Source of the DNA: an uncultured Chloroflexia bacterium
GTDB lineage: Bacteria > Chloroflexota > Limnocylindria > Limnocylindrales > CSP1-4
Length of the DNA stretch: 64,000 bases
Direction: 5' to 3'
Assembly (NCBI GenBank): GCA_963817245.1
Contig: CAWFNQ010000005.1
Location: forward strand, 7,890-71,889
Below are positions 62,919 through 64,000 of this stretch, piece after piece (position 1 is the first letter of the stretch; each line of letters opens with the position of its first letter). The position numbers were made by a program, and so were the translations under genes. The notes beneath the pieces are model-generated. The model searched no databases. It was not told the DNA's origin and saw only the letters and a list, made by a program, of their open reading frames with translations.

Positions 62919-64000
62919 ATGCGGCTCGTCCCGATCCTTCAGTGGTCGAGGACGTACGACCGGAGCTGGCTCAGGGGGGACCTGATCGCGGGCATCGCGG
63001 TCGCCGCGATGATCGTGCCCAAGGACCTCGGCTACGCAGGCATCGCCGGCGTCCCGGTGGAGAACGGGCTCTACGCCGCCGCCGCGGCCGCGATCATCTA
63101 CGGCCTCTTCTGCACGTCTCGACACATCTCGACCGGCCCAAGCTCGTCGCTCGCGGCCGTCGCCGGTGGCGCGGTCCTCGTGACCGGGGTGAGTGGCAAC
63201 GAGGCGGCGCAGCTCGTGGCGGCGATCGCGATCGTGACCGGCGCCCTGTTCCTGCTGGTCGCCCTCCTCAAGCTGGGTTGGCTGGCCAGCTTCCTCTCGC
63301 GGGCGGTCGTGACCGGTTTCCTTGCGGGCGCCGCCATCGACGTCGTCATCGGCGAACTGCCCAAGCTCACCGGGACGACCGCCGACGGCGTGAATGCCTG
63401 GCAGGAGTTCGCGTCGTGGGTCCGCGGCCTGGGCGATCTCAGCCCGGCGACATTGCTGGTCGGGCTGGTGGCCCTTGCCGTCATCCTCGGGCTTCGGTTC
63501 GCGCTTCCAAGGATCCCCGGCGCGCTGGTCCTCGTGGTCGGCGGTCTCGTCGGCTCCGTCCTGTTCGACCTTGGCGCGCACGGGGTCGCGCTGGTGGGCC
63601 CCGTTCCGCGCGGCCTGCCCCTTCCGCAGGTGCCATCGCTGGAGCTGGTCTCGCAGAACCTCCCGGCCGTCGTCATCTCGGCCTTCGCGCTGCTCCTGAT
63701 CGGGTTCTCGCAGACCGCGGGCGATGCCCAGGCGTTCGCCACGAGGCATCGGTATCGCGTCGACCTCGATCAGGAGTCGGTCGCCCAGGGGATGGCCAAT
63801 CTCGGCGCCGGCGTGTTCCAGGGCATGCCGGTCTCGACCAGCCTATCGGCGAGCTCCCTGAACGAGTCGGCCGGGGCACGGACGCCCGTCGCCTCGCTCG
63901 CCACCGGAGGGATCGTCGTTGCGACGCTGATCCTGCTCGCGCCGCTCTTCTCCGAGCTGCCCAAGGCGGTCCTCGCCGCGATCATCATCGATGCCGTGGT
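62919..64000 (+). CDS. SulP family anion transporter (runs off the window)
   Basis: MRLVPILQWSRTY..LRGDLIAGIAVAAMIVPKDLGYA..GLY..SRHISTGP; FLSRAVVTGF; DQESVAQGMAN; GARTP. Not in the ORF track because it has no stop in the window. Confidence 0.9.
   Translation, partial: MRLVPILQWSRTYDRSWLRGDLIAGIAVAAMIVPKDLGYAGIAGVPVENGLYAAAAAAIIYGLFCTSRHISTGPSSSLAAVAGGAVLVTGVSGNEAAQLVAAIAIVTGALFLLVALLKLGWLASFLSRAVVTGFLAGAAIDVVIGELPKLTGTTADGVNAWQEFASWVRGLGDLSPATLLVGLVALAVILGLRFALPRIPGALVLVVGGLVGSVLFDLGAHGVALVGPVPRGLPLPQVPSLELVSQNLPAVVISAFALLLIGFSQTAGDAQAFATRHRYRVDLDQESVAQGMANLGAGVFQGMPVSTSLSASSLNESAGARTPVASLATGGIVVATLILLAPLFSELPKAVLAAIIIDAV

Overview
Very high-GC bacterial chromosomal window with about 55 genes. 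The lineage is plausibly Chloroflexota (Ca. Limnocylindria-like) or a similar soil monoderm, inferred from gene style only. Many genes carry single-base frameshifts typical of an unpolished long-read assembly, so coordinates of split genes were reconstructed by hand. In order: two secreted beta-helix proteins with an upstream GEMM-I riboswitch, and a GT4; a metabolic cluster (MBL hydrolase, O-methyltransferase, MoaD-MoaE fusion, DppA/M55 and DmpA/P1 peptidases, lysine 5,6-aminomutase alpha-like, MoaD + BNR protein, PRTase, acyl-CoA synthetase); a flavinylation/envelope-stress locus (ferric reductase-like, DUF5666, HtrA-like, FMN-binding, ApbE, HK/RR, MacAB-like) with four MprA-like direct-repeat boxes; two MttB-family methyltransferases; a zinc-finger orphan; MarR plus two ABC exporters; a lipoprotein RHS-VWD protein; the AmmeMemoRadiSam trio; ALDH, acyl-CoA ligase, MFS and SulP. 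The best candidate for a new system is at 40.1-42.8 kb. An unannotated 41-aa secreted pro-peptide gene (own sigma70 promoter and RBS; predicted mature GSGGGPFPH) is divergent from a small XRE-HTH and an XRE-TPR regulator, followed by an EAL phosphodiesterase whose promoter shares an operator-like motif. This resembles an RRNPP-like peptide quorum-sensing cassette outside Bacillota, possibly linked to cyclic-dinucleotide turnover. Second is an A20-type (3',3'-cGAMP-like) GEMM-I riboswitch at about 3850-3930.
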